Shown: positions 30,413 to 41,540, counted from the first letter of the stretch. The stretch is 64,000 nt of DNA from an uncultured Veillonellaceae bacterium (GCA_963805085.1 CAWDTA010000004.1:288001-352000), one strand, 5' to 3'. The notes: generated by a model from the letters alone, not told the origin. Numbers and translations: made by a program.

Positions 30413-31286
30413 CATCTACAATCGGTTGATAAATATCTAACTCACAATAATTATCTTTACATAAGTGATTATTGATATATTCAAATCTAAAAGTATCCGC
30501 AAATTTATAGCCTGAATTAAAAATCCATTTGGAATACATATGAACAAGCAGCCGACCTATTTGTCTCCCATTGATATCATCCGGACGAAAAAATCCTACA
30601 AAATGAAAAACAACATAATTATGTGCTGGTATGACTATTCCTTCCATATTGCTTGGTATCTGTTTGAGATCATGAACTTGCAATGAAGGCATATAATAAA
30701 TGCAGCCATTATCAGTATCACTCCAGTCTGTATAACCAAAATATACTTGTGAATCAACTGGATTTTTAATTTGCTGACTTTGCTGATAAAAAAATTCTCT
30801 GCCATAAGCATTCGCAATTCGATCACCCGATTTGCTAAGAATTTTATGTTTTACACCTGTTAAAAAGAACTTTTGTTTGAACATAAAGGAAGGTTTATAG
30901 ATCACAGAATTATTAACAGACATAATATCATCTACATTTAATTTTTCCTGTATGACAAGTGACATTGGCTCAGATCTTATCTTCAGTGGCGTAAATCCAA
31001 ACTTTTTGCGAAAAGCTCTAATATAAGATTGTTCATAATCAAATCCATAATCCATTGCAATATCAATAATTCTTCTACCTGTATCTTTTAGTTCTGAAAT
31101 ACTTGATGAAAGCTTGCGTGATTGAACATATTCCATTAAAGATTCACCAGTCAATGATTTAAACATTCTATGCAAGTGATATTTTGACATACCACACTGT
31201 AGGGCTATATCATCTAAACTAATTTTTTTATAGAGATTAGCTTCTATATATCGAAGACATACAGCAATCGTTTCTTTTAAATCCAT
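30399..31286 (-). CDS. AraC-family regulator with GyrI-like effector domain
   Basis: N-terminal AraC HTHs (SKYHLHRMF, YGFDYEQSYIRAF); C-terminal GyrI-like region ending ELDIYQPI. Confidence 0.88.
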   Translation of the reverse strand: MDLKETIAVCLRYIEANLYKKISLDDIALQCGMSKYHLHRMFKSLTGESLMEYVQSRKLSSSISELKDTGRRIIDIAMDYGFDYEQSYIRAFRKKFGFTPLKIRSEPMSLVIQEKLNVDDIMSVNNSVIYKPSFMFKQKFFLTGVKHKILSKSGDRIANAYGREFFYQQSQQIKNPVDSQVYFGYTDWSDTDNGCIYYMPSLQVHDLKQIPSNMEGIVIPAHNYVVFHFVGFFRPDDINGRQIGRLLVHMYSKWIFNSGYKFADTFRFEYINNHLCKDNYCELDIYQPIVDVNKI

Positions 31287-31355
31287 TATGATATAGCCCT
31301 CCTTCAAATACAATTATCGTGAATTAATAAAATTACCCAACAAACTATCTGAACT

Positions 31356-32605
31356 TTACTTAATGTATCTTTCATATGCTTTGAAAATCAACGTAGCATT
31401 ATGCCCACCAAAACCAAAAGAATTACTCAATGCATGTGTAACTTTGCTTTGTCGTCCCTGATTAGGTACATAATCCAAATCACACACTGGATCCAAATTT
31501 TTATAATGAATCGTCGGTGGTAGAAATCCCTCTTTCACTACTAAGGAAGAAATAATTGATTCAATAGCTCCAGCAGCGCCCAACAAATGACCGGTCATGG
31601 ATTTCGTTGAACTTACGGCAAGTTTATATGCCTGCTCACCAAAAAGAGTTTTTATCGCTGTCGTCTCGGTCTCATCATTTAACTTAGTCGAAGTTCCATG
31701 TGCATTGATATATTGAATATCATATTTCGTTAAATTTGCATCTTCTAGAGCTAGTTTCATACAGGCAGCGCCACCTTCTCCGTTTGGATCAATTGCTGTA
31801 ATATGGTATGCATCATTTGTACAACCATACCCAACAATTTCAGCAATAATATTTGCGCCGCGATTTAAAGCATGGCTAAGTTCTTCTACAATCACTATGC
31901 CAGCTCCTTCACCCATAACAAATCCATCTCGTTCTAAATCAAAAGGTCTACAAGCTGTATTTACATCTAAATTCGTTGTCATTGCTTTATTTGCACAAAA
32001 ACCAGCCATTGCCAATCTGGTGATCGGAGCTTCGGTTCCACCTGCAATCATAACATCTGCAGCATCTCTTTGAATGATTTTAAAAGCATCACCAATTGCA
32101 TTGGTAGAAGAAGCACATGCAGAAACTATGCATTCGACGAATCCTTTTATCCCAAATTTGATAGCAATCGTTCCGGCTGCCATATTCGGTAACATCATAG
32201 GAATAAGAAATGGGCTCACACGATTTGTTCCTTTTTGCAAAAGTGTATTATGCTGAGTTTCTAATGTTTCAAGCCCCCAATACCAGAACCAATCATGATA
32301 CCAGTTCTACCACTTTGTTAACGTTATCTAGAATCTATTTCGGAATTCTCAACTGCCATTTGGGATGCAGCCATCGCATATTGTGAAAACCTATCCAATC
32401 TTTTTATTTCTTTTTTTTCAATAAAATCATTAGGATTAAAATTTTTTATTTCAGCTGCAACTTTAGTCGGTAAATCACTTACATCTACTCTTTCAACAAG
32501 ACTAATTCCTGATTTACCAGCTTTAATTGACTGCCAAAAGGTATCTATATCTAACCCTAAAGATGTAACTGCCCCCATACCAGTAATAACAACACGTCGT
32601 TTCAT
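31356..32605 (-). pseudogene. fabF: Beta-ketoacyl-ACP synthase II, frameshifted (or sequencing errors)
   Basis: N-part RRVVITGMG (32324-32605) and C-part with the Cys/His/His triad (SACASS, NAHGTST, TGHLLG). About three small indels at 32270-32335 interrupt D-L-D-N-V-N-K...[15 protein letters not shown]. Confidence 0.85.
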
Positions 32606-32782
32606 TTATTTTTCCTCCAATATTCGGCATCATTGCCGTTAACTTTCTAAATCATCTTTATTGACGAATCTTTTCTAAGGTTAACATATATTACAGAGCA
32701 AAAATGAACAACTATTGCTTTTCTCAGAAACAATGCATTCCAATTATAATAAATAAAATAAGCCTAAAAAACTACTGATATG

Positions 32783-32838
32783 TAATATGCTCCCCCTAAA
32801 GTGGCAGTTTTTATTATTTCAACTGTCTTCTTTAAGGA
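32783..32838. mobile_element. Left part of a 66-bp palindromic MITE (remainder at 44406-44415), split by the composite transposon
   Basis: Rejoined sequence TAATATGCTCCCCCTAAAG...CTTTAAGGAGAGCATATCA is self-complementary and is flanked by ATG direct repeats (32780-82, 44416-18). Confidence 0.65.
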
Positions 32839-34438
32839 CAATGTCATTAAGTTAAGCAAAATAGAATGTTTACATCGATAAAAGTAGATGTAAACATTCT
32901 ATTTTTATATTTGCTAGTCATATAAAAAAACACTTGACAAATAGTCGAAAATTTGCGGCTCCGCCCTTGAAATATAAAGTTTCTAGGGAGGAACACATAT
33001 GAAACCAACTGAAGTAAAAGAAATACTTTCACACATAATAAGTACTATATCAGATGATCCATCTGATTTTTTGCAAAATCCATCAAAGGACTTTACAAGG
33101 AATCGAAAACTATCATTTGAAACAATTATTAAAATGATGATTGGCATGGGCGGAAATAGCTTATGTAAAGAAATATATGATTGGTTCAATTATGCAGAAG
33201 ATACCGCATCTGTTTCTGCCTTTGTTCAACAAAGGCAGAAAATTTCATCTAAAGCTATGGAATATATTTTTAGAGAAATGGTTAAACAATGTGACGAGCG
33301 GATTTTATTTAAAGGATATCGTCTTCTTGCTGTAGATGGGTCTGATATAAGATTACCTAAAAATAAAAATGACGATAATTCTCATATCAAAAATGATGAT
33401 AATACTAAAGGATATAATCTTCTTCATCTTGATGCTATGTATGATTTGATGCGACATAATTATGTTGACGCTTCAATACAAAGTAAAAAAGGTATGAATG
33501 AACATAAGGCTCTGGTATCAATGATTGAAAAATCTGAAGCAACTGGAAGTGTTATTGTTATAGCTGATAGAGGATACGAATCTTTTAATAATATTGCTCA
33601 TTTTCAAGAAAAGAATTGGAATTATATTATACGTTCGAAAGAATCCTACGGTATTAAATATGAAAATCCTGATAGTGATGAATTCGATAAAGAAACCACC
33701 ATCACCCTTACTCGGAGAAAAACGAAAGATACAATAGCATTGATTAAAGAAAATCCTGATAGATATCGTTGGATTCAACCTCATACAACGTTTGATTACT
33801 TACTGTCTAGAGAAAATGAGATGTATGATTTGAAATTTAGAATTGTTCGATTTAAAATTTCAGATACCACTTATGAAACGTTATTCACAAATTTACCTGC
33901 GAATGAATTTCCTGCTGAAGTTTTGAAAGAACTATATAAAATGCGATGGGGTATCGAAACTTCATTCAAAGAATTAAAATATGATGTTGGATTAGCCAGC
34001 ATTCATAGTAAAAAGCAAGATTTTGTACTTCAAGAAATTTTTTCAAAGTTAATTATGTACAATTTTGCAGCTTTAATATCTTATCAAGTAGAACATCCAA
34101 AAGATAAAAGAATCAATTTCGCTAGAGCGATACATTTTTGTTATCAGTATTTTAAAGGCAAAATTTCTGAAAGAAGTCTTTTGAAAATTGTGCAAAAATT
34201 TATGTCTCCAATACGTCCTGGCAGAGTATTTGAAAGATATCAAAATATTAAAAAGGCTGTCGGGTTTGCATATAGAATTTCTTAACAACAACTCTTCATA
34301 TCTGCATGTTGTACAGATGGCTTATAACGTCATCTGCTTTTGGTATGTTTAAATCATAAAAATGGTGAACACTTATCATAGCGTTCACCATTTTTTGATA
34401 CATTAACCTGCTCTTAATTACTTAACTTAATGACATTG
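32839..34438 (+). mobile_element. IS4-family insertion sequence A (1600 bp)
   Basis: Terminal IRs CAATGTCATTAAGTTAAG / CTTAACTTAATGACATTG around a transposase gene. Confidence 0.92.
32999..34285 (+). CDS. IS4-family DDE transposase
   Basis: FTRNRKLSF, LLAVDGS, IADRGY, Y-K-M-R-W-G-I-E-T-S-F-K-E-L-K (YREK signature). Confidence 0.95.
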   Translation: MKPTEVKEILSHIISTISDDPSDFLQNPSKDFTRNRKLSFETIIKMMIGMGGNSLCKEIYDWFNYAEDTASVSAFVQQRQKISSKAMEYIFREMVKQCDERILFKGYRLLAVDGSDIRLPKNKNDDNSHIKNDDNTKGYNLLHLDAMYDLMRHNYVDASIQSKKGMNEHKALVSMIEKSEATGSVIVIADRGYESFNNIAHFQEKNWNYIIRSKESYGIKYENPDSDEFDKETTITLTRRKTKDTIALIKENPDRYRWIQPHTTFDYLLSRENEMYDLKFRIVRFKISDTTYETLFTNLPANEFPAEVLKELYKMRWGIETSFKELKYDVGLASIHSKKQDFVLQEIFSKLIMYNFAALISYQVEHPKDKRINFARAIHFCYQYFKGKISERSLLKIVQKFMSPIRPGRVFERYQNIKKAVGFAYRIS

Positions 34439-34645
34439 ACTTCCTGGTGCACACCAAAAGCCATCATAATTACCAATATTTCTAATTTGCAACTGCTCTT
34501 CTAGAGATTCCGTAGATAACCATTGTATTTCTACATTAACACCTAAATTATCTGCACAATGCTGTAACGCATCATTTGTCGCCTTGTGTGATGGCCGTTT
34601 CAAATCGAGATCGCCAATTACTCCTATTCTTATTAAACTACTCAT
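34439..34645 (-). pseudogene. CTP-synthase C-terminal-like glutamine amidotransferase, truncated by IS A
   Basis: IRIGVIGD...PSHKATNDAL...WLST...YDGFWCAPGS runs directly into the IS right end; the rest of the gene is absent from the window. Confidence 0.8.
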
Positions 34646-34688
34646 TTCAATCTTCCCCCAGTTTTATTCTCAAATTTCAAGGACGGGT

Positions 34689-34865
34689 AGGGACGTCAGA
34701 CTGTACAAAAACGCTGTACCCAATAAATCAAAAACTAAAAAGTGGCGGATAAATATTAGTTTTAAGTTCATATTGGGGCTATTTATCCCAAAATATAGGC
34801 CATTTATGTAGTAAAGTGGGAGAATTAAAAATAAAAAAATAGTTTTCGCACACCCCGACGCCCCT
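34689..34865. repeat. Possible MITE with degenerate 24-bp terminal inverted repeats
   Basis: AGGGACGTCAGACTGTACAAAAAC versus the reverse complement AGGGGCGTCGGGGTGTGCGAAAAC (18/24 identical); no TSD seen. Confidence 0.4.
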
Positions 34866-34894
34866 TCTTAACCAAAAACCTACACTAATCTAGA

Positions 34895-35064
34895 AGACAA
34901 GGTGACGGTTCTTCCTGTCTTGTTTTTTTATACCGTACTTACCTCGTAGCACCTTTTCCGAAGACAGTACCTCCACCACTTCGCCCTCCTCAACCTGCCA
35001 TCGCTTTTTGATATTAAATTTACATATTCTCATAAAAGCTCAAAATTCCTGCCAAATTCATACA
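34895..35064. repeat. 170-bp direct repeat, copy 1
   Basis: Matches 41541-41710 with three substitutions seen. Confidence 0.93.
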
Positions 35065-35548
35065 GAATTCTACAGGAGTTTCCTTTTTAGTATTTATACG
35101 ATAACCCCCATATATTTCATGGTTTCGCTACCTCGTAAATTCACTCATACTATAAAATCCACGCAATTTCTATAATTTTAGTCCCCAGATTGTTCCCCAA
35201 AGACTAGTATAGTTCCACTTTTTTCTTCCAGTACATGCCATTAAAAAACACAATTTTTAGCTTCTGATCCCATACGTTATATGCCTTCAGGCCTCTTTCA
35301 CTTTTCTCCCATGTCATGCTACACTGTATAATCGAACGTCAAGGTAGGCATTAATCAATAATTTACTGAATGTCTATTTTAAACGTCAATCAAAATCACC
35401 CCGAACCCCTAGAAACACTTGTTTGGGCACTATACCTTCTGCTACATTTTCACTGTACAATTAATTAATATGATTATTATTTAATTGTACAGGTTGAATT
35501 AGACTATGATTTTACTTATTTGATGATATTTCACTCACTACATGACAA

Positions 35549-36190
35549 TTAAATTTCAATAATTTGCTTTAGCGGTTCCATTTTCTTGAACCATTTGACC
35601 AACATACCGACAAACAGCGCAGCGGCTATTGTTCCGGTTCCTATGTCGGTCAATGTATGGTATAAGGTAATTGAGCCAATAACTGCAATCACAACCATTG
35701 TACAGTCCATAATAATTTTGATGCAGCTGTATTCTAAATCGCTGACTTTGGTTATAGCAACTAACATGGCATCCGGTGCAAGCATTAATAAATCAGCTTC
35801 CAAAAGTAAGTAGATTCCGAAAGCAAGACAAACAATACCTAATACACACAAGGCTACTTGCAGCCATAAGATATTGTCCGGGATACCGCTCAATAAGGAA
35901 AGTGTAAAATCTGTGAGTTTGCCATAGATAAAACCGACAACCAGCTGCAGCAACTGTAACAACTGAAAATCTTTACGTAAAATGATGATCTGTACAACCA
36001 CACAGGCAGACAACATAATCCACATAACAGTTCCTATCGAAACGCCAAGTGAATCACTGAAAACTGCTGGACAGACTCCAAGTGGCGATGTACCTAACTT
36101 TGCCTTTAAGGAAAGACTTACTCCTAAAGCAGCAAAAAATAAACCTACAAGCATAACAAAATTTTTCAATATCATTGTTTTCTTAAGCAC
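35549..36190 (-). CDS. YczE/YyaS/YitT (DUF6198-like) membrane protein
   Basis: AKLGTSP, GTGTIAAALFVG, hydrophobic duplicated architecture. Confidence 0.8.
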   Translation of the reverse strand: MLKKTMILKNFVMLVGLFFAALGVSLSLKAKLGTSPLGVCPAVFSDSLGVSIGTVMWIMLSACVVVQIIILRKDFQLLQLLQLVVGFIYGKLTDFTLSLLSGIPDNILWLQVALCVLGIVCLAFGIYLLLEADLLMLAPDAMLVAITKVSDLEYSCIKIIMDCTMVVIAVIGSITLYHTLTDIGTGTIAAALFVGMLVKWFKKMEPLKQIIEI

Positions 36191-36259
36191 ACACTACATC
36201 CTTTCACATACTATTTTTTCTTAGTTTCTCACTTTCTGCGCATTGACATTATTATACTA

Positions 36260-36308
36260 CCAGTCTTTGGAATAAATTTCAATTATTTAAATTTATTCCA
36301 AAGACTGG
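36260..36308. repeat. Perfect 20-bp-arm inverted repeat between divergent genes (operator or cruciform)
   Basis: CCAGTCTTTGGAATAAATTT-9 nt-AAATTTATTCCAAAGACTGG. Confidence 0.8.
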
Positions 36309-36321
36309 CGAAAACGATAGC

Positions 36322-37249
36322 TGTATATGATAATGAACGTTTGATTATTAAAATTTGTAAACTTTTTTTACGAGGAACACAAAACGTAGAAAGAAATCTC
36401 CGATATATTGAAAATCTCGAAATCACAGATTTCCCATATGATAAATTATGCAAAAAATAAAGGAATTGTCACTTTTAAATTTACAATCCTTATAAAAAAA
36501 GAATTCACGCTGGAAAAAATGTTGGCGGATAAATATCATTTAAAAGAAGTTTCCGTATATGATCTGGACTATTCCGCGGAGGAAGACGGACAAAATAGAT
36601 TTGGCGCTTATTGTGCCGAGCAACTCGAAAAATATATTTCTGACAACATGGACATTGGCATCATGAGTGGGAAATCATCTCGTCCATTGCCATGCATATT
36701 ACGAAACAGCCAAAAGAAGGACTGCATTTTATACCTCTAGTCGGCAGCTTCAAAAGCAATGGAGCCGATTATCATGCAAATATGATTGCGCGGCAGTTTG
36801 CTGAAAACGCCACCGGTTCGTATAGCATTCTGAATGTGACAGCTACTATTGGAATCTGAAGAAACATACCAATAGAGCCATCCATTCAACAAATTCTTTC
36901 TTTGGGTAACGCTTGCGATGTTTCCATCATCGGAATTGGTGAAATCAGTCTGGACTCGCAAGAATATACCAGTGAAGCCTATGCATCAGCTGATTAAAAA
37001 AAATTAAAACAGTTGGAAGTGGCATGTATTATGTGCACTTCTTATCTTGCGAAAGACGGAACGATTATGCCCACACCTCTCGATCAACGTACGATTGGCA
37101 TCCGAACAAATGAACTTCATCATGGAACGGTTATTGCCTGTTCGGGCAGTACAGCTAAAATATTAGAAATCAATGCAGCTTTACAAAGTGGTTATATTGA
37201 TGTGTTTATGACATCTCAAGAGATTGCAGAAGAACTTGTATCCCTTTAA
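36322..37249 (+). pseudogene. SorC/DeoR-family sugar-binding regulator, degraded
   Basis: RLIIKICKLFYEEHKT*KEISDILKISKSQIS...KGIV HTH with a nonsense codon and frameshifts; C-terminal fragment AALQSGYIDVFMTSQEIAEEL. Confidence 0.8.
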
Positions 37250-37520
37250 AGCCCTTACATCGCTCTTTTTATAACTGCTTCTGTCACGAAACGACTATTT
37301 GCAATAAATAATCTACTCAAAAGTGTTACTTTAGTGTACATGGCACCAATGGCACGTACTATAACCGACGGAACCAGTTAAAAAGATTGTATACCAGCAT
37401 ACAAATATGTAAGTAATTTACATTAACAATGCATAGAATGACTACTCATCGCAGCAAAACCGAATTCATGTACCTTTACTCTTTTATATAGGAGCTGCAA
37501 TAATCCGAAAATTATGCTGT

Positions 37521-39716
37521 TCACTTTTGCGGAATAATAGGAAGCTGCAGATAGGATGGATGCATTGCCCCAGTAAAAATTGTATTGAGAGCTTCTTTTT
37601 GATATGTCGCATCTAGAGAATCAAAGCTGGGCTGCAGATCCAGCCGGATACGCCATCCTTTTTTGATGACGGCCGTAGTAGGCCAAATTTCCACCTCGCA
37701 TTCCACAATTTCTCCGGATGTAAGCGGCTGATAGTCTTCTTTCAAATGAGTATAGTAAGGACGATAAATTGTGGTTTTTTCAATATCCTGCTTTCTATGG
37801 GAAACTTTAAGTGCCCCTTGAGCCATTGGATACACATTACCTCCAGCAAAAGCCCTACTTGTACTCGATTCAATCGCATACGGAACTTCTTTATTATTTT
37901 CGTCCATTACCCGAATGACTGCCTGAATCGCCATGTCGTAGGAAGTAGACGCCACCCATAATCCTAACTTTGCATACCCGGCAATAAGGATATCTTCCGA
38001 CATGAAATCTGTCAGAAAACTAACCCCCTTTGTCTCGCCAGCCGCATAAGTTGCACTTTCCTCACTAGTCGGAATGGATTTTCCCATATGCAAACCAGCT
38101 GTAGCTACATTCAGATAATACTTCTCATATTGAGTTCTTTGGAGCGGCCATTCCGCTTCATTCTGCCAATAATAGCTTCCCCAGCCAGTACGCACCATCA
38201 TCCGGACTGTGGGTCGATCCATAATGCCGTTGTCTACTCCTTTGAGCCAATAGTCAAAGAATGCAATATGCTCTCGCACAAACTCAGGAGCATACATCCA
38301 AAAATGGATACCTGTTTCAGACAAAATAGTGAGCTTTTTATTTTGTGAAGCACTATGAATAAAGGCTTCGCTGCTTCCCCGAGTGTGCACAGGCATTTCC
38401 AGATTCATAACATCCCAAAAAGGAACAATGATCTTGTCAGGGTCAGGACTGATGCAAATACTGCCGTTCGGACCATATACAGCAGGATCGTAAAATTGAT
38501 TAGCTTTAGCAATGTTTAGCCAGTCAATCCCCTGCCACTCGTCGCAGCAAATTTTGGCAATAAACCCAAATTCATTGTACAGCCCCCCACCGCTATAAAC
38601 ATAATCACGATACGAATCTATATCCCCGGCTATTGGCATCATGGCCTTCAAACTCGGCGGCTGAAGCGAAGCTACATTGAGTGCATTCATCGCGTAATAG
38701 GAAGCACCATATAGTCCCACATTGCCATTTGACCAAGATGTCTGCGCCGCCCACTCAATGGCATCATAGTAATCCTGCGCCTCTTGCAGGCTAAACTGCT
38801 CGAACATCCCGGGCGTTTTACCCGTTCCACGGCCATCTATCCGAATGACCACATAACCGTTGGGAACCCAATCTGCCGTATTGGCCAATTCAAAATGTTC
38901 GCTTACATGGGGCAGTGCAGGATTTTGTGGGCTACCGGAGGGTGGTAACTGCGAAGGAGGAATTTTTCCAGCAATTTGACAATGAAATTGAATAAAGGGA
39001 GTTTCTACTTTTATTCCTTCAAAATAAGCATCTTCCATTTCTTCATGTTTCAGTAAATCTTTTTGAGAGCCGATGCATCCAAACCAAAAAGCTTTTCCAT
39101 ACCCGCCAAAGCTCATAATAACGGGATATTTCCCCTTTTTCGCGGGACGGTATACGTCAGCCAGAACATACGCCCCATCCCGTGTCGGAACTTTGACATC
39201 AGTCATCTTTCGGATGCCTAAAAGAGCTCGCCGCAGATGATTTCTCGCCTCCGCACCTGAGCGAAGTCTGGTTCCAATTTCGGCAAATAGCGCTTCGGCA
39301 CTGAGACCAAAAGTTTCCTCACTTTGGTCGAAACATACGTCATAACGATACTTCCCGATACAGTTTCTAATGACATCAGTGATTATAATACTTCTCTCAA
39401 TATTAGTAGCTGAATTCAAACTCTGAACAAACCTCGCCAAATTGGTTACTTTACGGTTGGAGATTTTTTTGATATCTCCGCCTACCTCGATCACGAGATG
39501 AGCGGGAGTAAGCAAGGCAGTGCCAAGCGCGGACCCCAGCACTAGTCCACGAATCGAAAAGGTAACCGTTTCACCACAGCGATAGTGGAATGCTCCATGC
39601 TCGTCGGTCATACCTGAAAAAGTCTGTGTTTGATACTCCAGTCCTTGCACAGGAGTGGAGTCAAAGATACCCGTGCGGATTTCTGTAGCTTTTTCCATAA
39701 TCATCATATCTCCCAT
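37521..39716 (-). CDS. CocE/NonD-family serine hydrolase with extra N-terminal domain
   Basis: VKVPTRDG..LADVYRP, GYVVIRIDGRGTG, nucleophile GASYYA, C-terminal PepX-like domain ending PSYLQLPII. Confidence 0.88.
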   Translation of the reverse strand: MGDMMIMEKATEIRTGIFDSTPVQGLEYQTQTFSGMTDEHGAFHYRCGETVTFSIRGLVLGSALGTALLTPAHLVIEVGGDIKKISNRKVTNLARFVQSLNSATNIERSIIITDVIRNCIGKYRYDVCFDQSEETFGLSAEALFAEIGTRLRSGAEARNHLRRALLGIRKMTDVKVPTRDGAYVLADVYRPAKKGKYPVIMSFGGYGKAFWFGCIGSQKDLLKHEEMEDAYFEGIKVETPFIQFHCQIAGKIPPSQLPPSGSPQNPALPHVSEHFELANTADWVPNGYVVIRIDGRGTGKTPGMFEQFSLQEAQDYYDAIEWAAQTSWSNGNVGLYGASYYAMNALNVASLQPPSLKAMMPIAGDIDSYRDYVYSGGGLYNEFGFIAKICCDEWQGIDWLNIAKANQFYDPAVYGPNGSICISPDPDKIIVPFWDVMNLEMPVHTRGSSEAFIHSASQNKKLTILSETGIHFWMYAPEFVREHIAFFDYWLKGVDNGIMDRPTVRMMVRTGWGSYYWQNEAEWPLQRTQYEKYYLNVATAGLHMGKSIPTSEESATYAAGETKGVSFLTDFMSEDILIAGYAKLGLWVASTSYDMAIQAVIRVMDENNKEVPYAIESSTSRAFAGGNVYPMAQGALKVSHRKQDIEKTTIYRPYYTHLKEDYQPLTSGEIVECEVEIWPTTAVIKKGWRIRLDLQPSFDSLDATYQKEALNTIFTGAMHPSYLQLPIIPQK

Positions 39717-39764
39717 AAATTTTCGAAACTAATTTGTTTTTTCCACATTTAATTCCAATACTTC

Positions 39765-40742
39765 TTAGATTCCAATATTAGGTGGATTTCCAAGAAGTTT
39801 CTGACCTTCCTTGATAATTGATGAAATAATGTCTTTTACCGGCCTTATTTCATCAACTAAAGCAACAATCTGACCAGCCATAACAGCGCCTTCGTTTTCC
39901 ACATCGCCTTCAATCATTGCTTTTTTCAATGAACTTTCCGCCACTGTTTTTAATTTTTCCGCGGCTTCAATTTTAGGGTATTTTGCTTCAATATCTAAAA
40001 TACACTCAGAAAGTTTATTCGCCAACTGTCGACACGCTTCTCCGGTTGTGTTACCGGTAATTACCGTACTCATATCTTCGGCGTCAATCACCGCTTGCTT
40101 AACATTCGGATGAATATTAGCCTCTTTGGCCGCCATAAATATGGTTCCCATCTCAATACCTGATGCACCAAGCATAACCGCTGCTGCCAGTCCTCGACCG
40201 TCAGCAATGCCACCTGAAGCCACGAGCGGAGCCTTTATTTTATCGGCCGCCTGAGGCATAAGAACCATTGTTGACTCAAACGTGACATGACCGCCCCCTT
40301 CCCATCCTTTGACGATTACAACATCAGCACCCGCCGCGTCCGCAACCAATGCATCTGCCATATGACTGGCCTTGATCACGACTTTAATGCCATATTGATG
40401 CCAAATATCCACATATTTCTTGGTAAACTTTATTTCCATTCCTGACAACGTATCCGCATAAATCACCGGCGTCTGTGTTTCAATCGCGATTTGGGTAATT
40501 TGGTCAATCGTCCCCAGACCTGGAACCATGAAGATATTGATTGCGAAAGGTTTACTTGTTAACTTCTTAGTTTCGTAAATTTGATTCTTTACGAATTCGA
40601 GCGGTGCAAAGCCGACCCCTAACACTCCAAGCCCACCGGCCTCACTAACAGCGGCGACTAAGGACGCTGTGGCAATCCATGCCATTGGCCCCTGAATAAC
40701 TGGATATGAAATGCCTAGTGCTTTACATACTGGATTGTTCAT
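39765..40742 (-). CDS. Nitronate monooxygenase / FabK-like FMN oxidoreductase
   Basis: YPVIQGPM, VSEAGGLG, GWEGGGH, ASGGIADGRG, MAGQ. Confidence 0.88.
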   Translation of the reverse strand: MNNPVCKALGISYPVIQGPMAWIATASLVAAVSEAGGLGVLGVGFAPLEFVKNQIYETKKLTSKPFAINIFMVPGLGTIDQITQIAIETQTPVIYADTLSGMEIKFTKKYVDIWHQYGIKVVIKASHMADALVADAAGADVVIVKGWEGGGHVTFESTMVLMPQAADKIKAPLVASGGIADGRGLAAAVMLGASGIEMGTIFMAAKEANIHPNVKQAVIDAEDMSTVITGNTTGEACRQLANKLSECILDIEAKYPKIEAAEKLKTVAESSLKKAMIEGDVENEGAVMAGQIVALVDEIRPVKDIISSIIKEGQKLLGNPPNIGI

Positions 40743-40944
40743 TAAATACTCCTCCTTAAAAATAAACTTTTGAATTTTTTTGAATACTGTTATACTTAAA
40801 ATATTGAGTTTAATCCTCGATCCTCTTAAAATATTATATTTCAGCAGCTTATTTCGTACAATTAGTGATTTTTATGCCACCTAGTTACCTTTTTGACACT
40901 ATTAAATTGATTTGACTGGCGTACCGCAGAGGAGGGAATTATAT

Positions 40945-41316
40945 ATGAAAATCCTATATGATCCTGGTGATCGCCCATACGACTACTTTCATCGAGTGAT
41001 GGGCGGGAAATGGAAAATGTTTATTATCCGCGGGATTCACCAAAATGGATTTATTCGTTTTAATGAAGCGAAGCGAATATTAGGCGTATCCGGTAAATTT
41101 TTGCAACAACAGCTCCGCGACCTTGAACGAGACGGCATAATTGATCGCATTGTTTATCCTGTTATGCCCCCTCATGTTGAATATGTATTTACACCTGCCG
41201 GCAAAGAATTAGTACCAGTCCTTGACAGTATTTACGAATGGAGTACGAAAAGAATGCAGGAATTGCAGATACCTATTGCTCTCCTATCTCCCGTATACCA
41301 CAAAAAAACTGACTAA
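40945..41316 (+). CDS. HxlR-family winged-helix regulator
   Basis: MGGKWK, LQQQLRDLERDGII.R.VYPVMPPHVEY; RBS GGAGG before ATG 40945. Confidence 0.9.
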   Translation: MKILYDPGDRPYDYFHRVMGGKWKMFIIRGIHQNGFIRFNEAKRILGVSGKFLQQQLRDLERDGIIDRIVYPVMPPHVEYVFTPAGKELVPVLDSIYEWSTKRMQELQIPIALLSPVYHKKTD

Positions 41317-41540
41317 GCCTGATCTTCCGGCCGTCCTTCAAACAAATTCTATGCTAAATATAAATTGGTCATAATCAGCAGCATCGATCTAAATCGTAAG
41401 CGTCAAAAAGGCCGTTACCTTGACAACACCTGTTATAACTGGCACCCAGTCCTGGCCGTCATAGGGCTTGGTCAGATTTTTATCATTTTGCAGCCATTTG
41501 TGCAACGTACCTAGGCCAATGCCGTTTTCTCAACGCCACG

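Noticed and set aside
35270-35290. ACGTTATATGC as an integron attC core
   Set aside because: No complementary inverse core at a suitable distance, no cassette array and no integrase.
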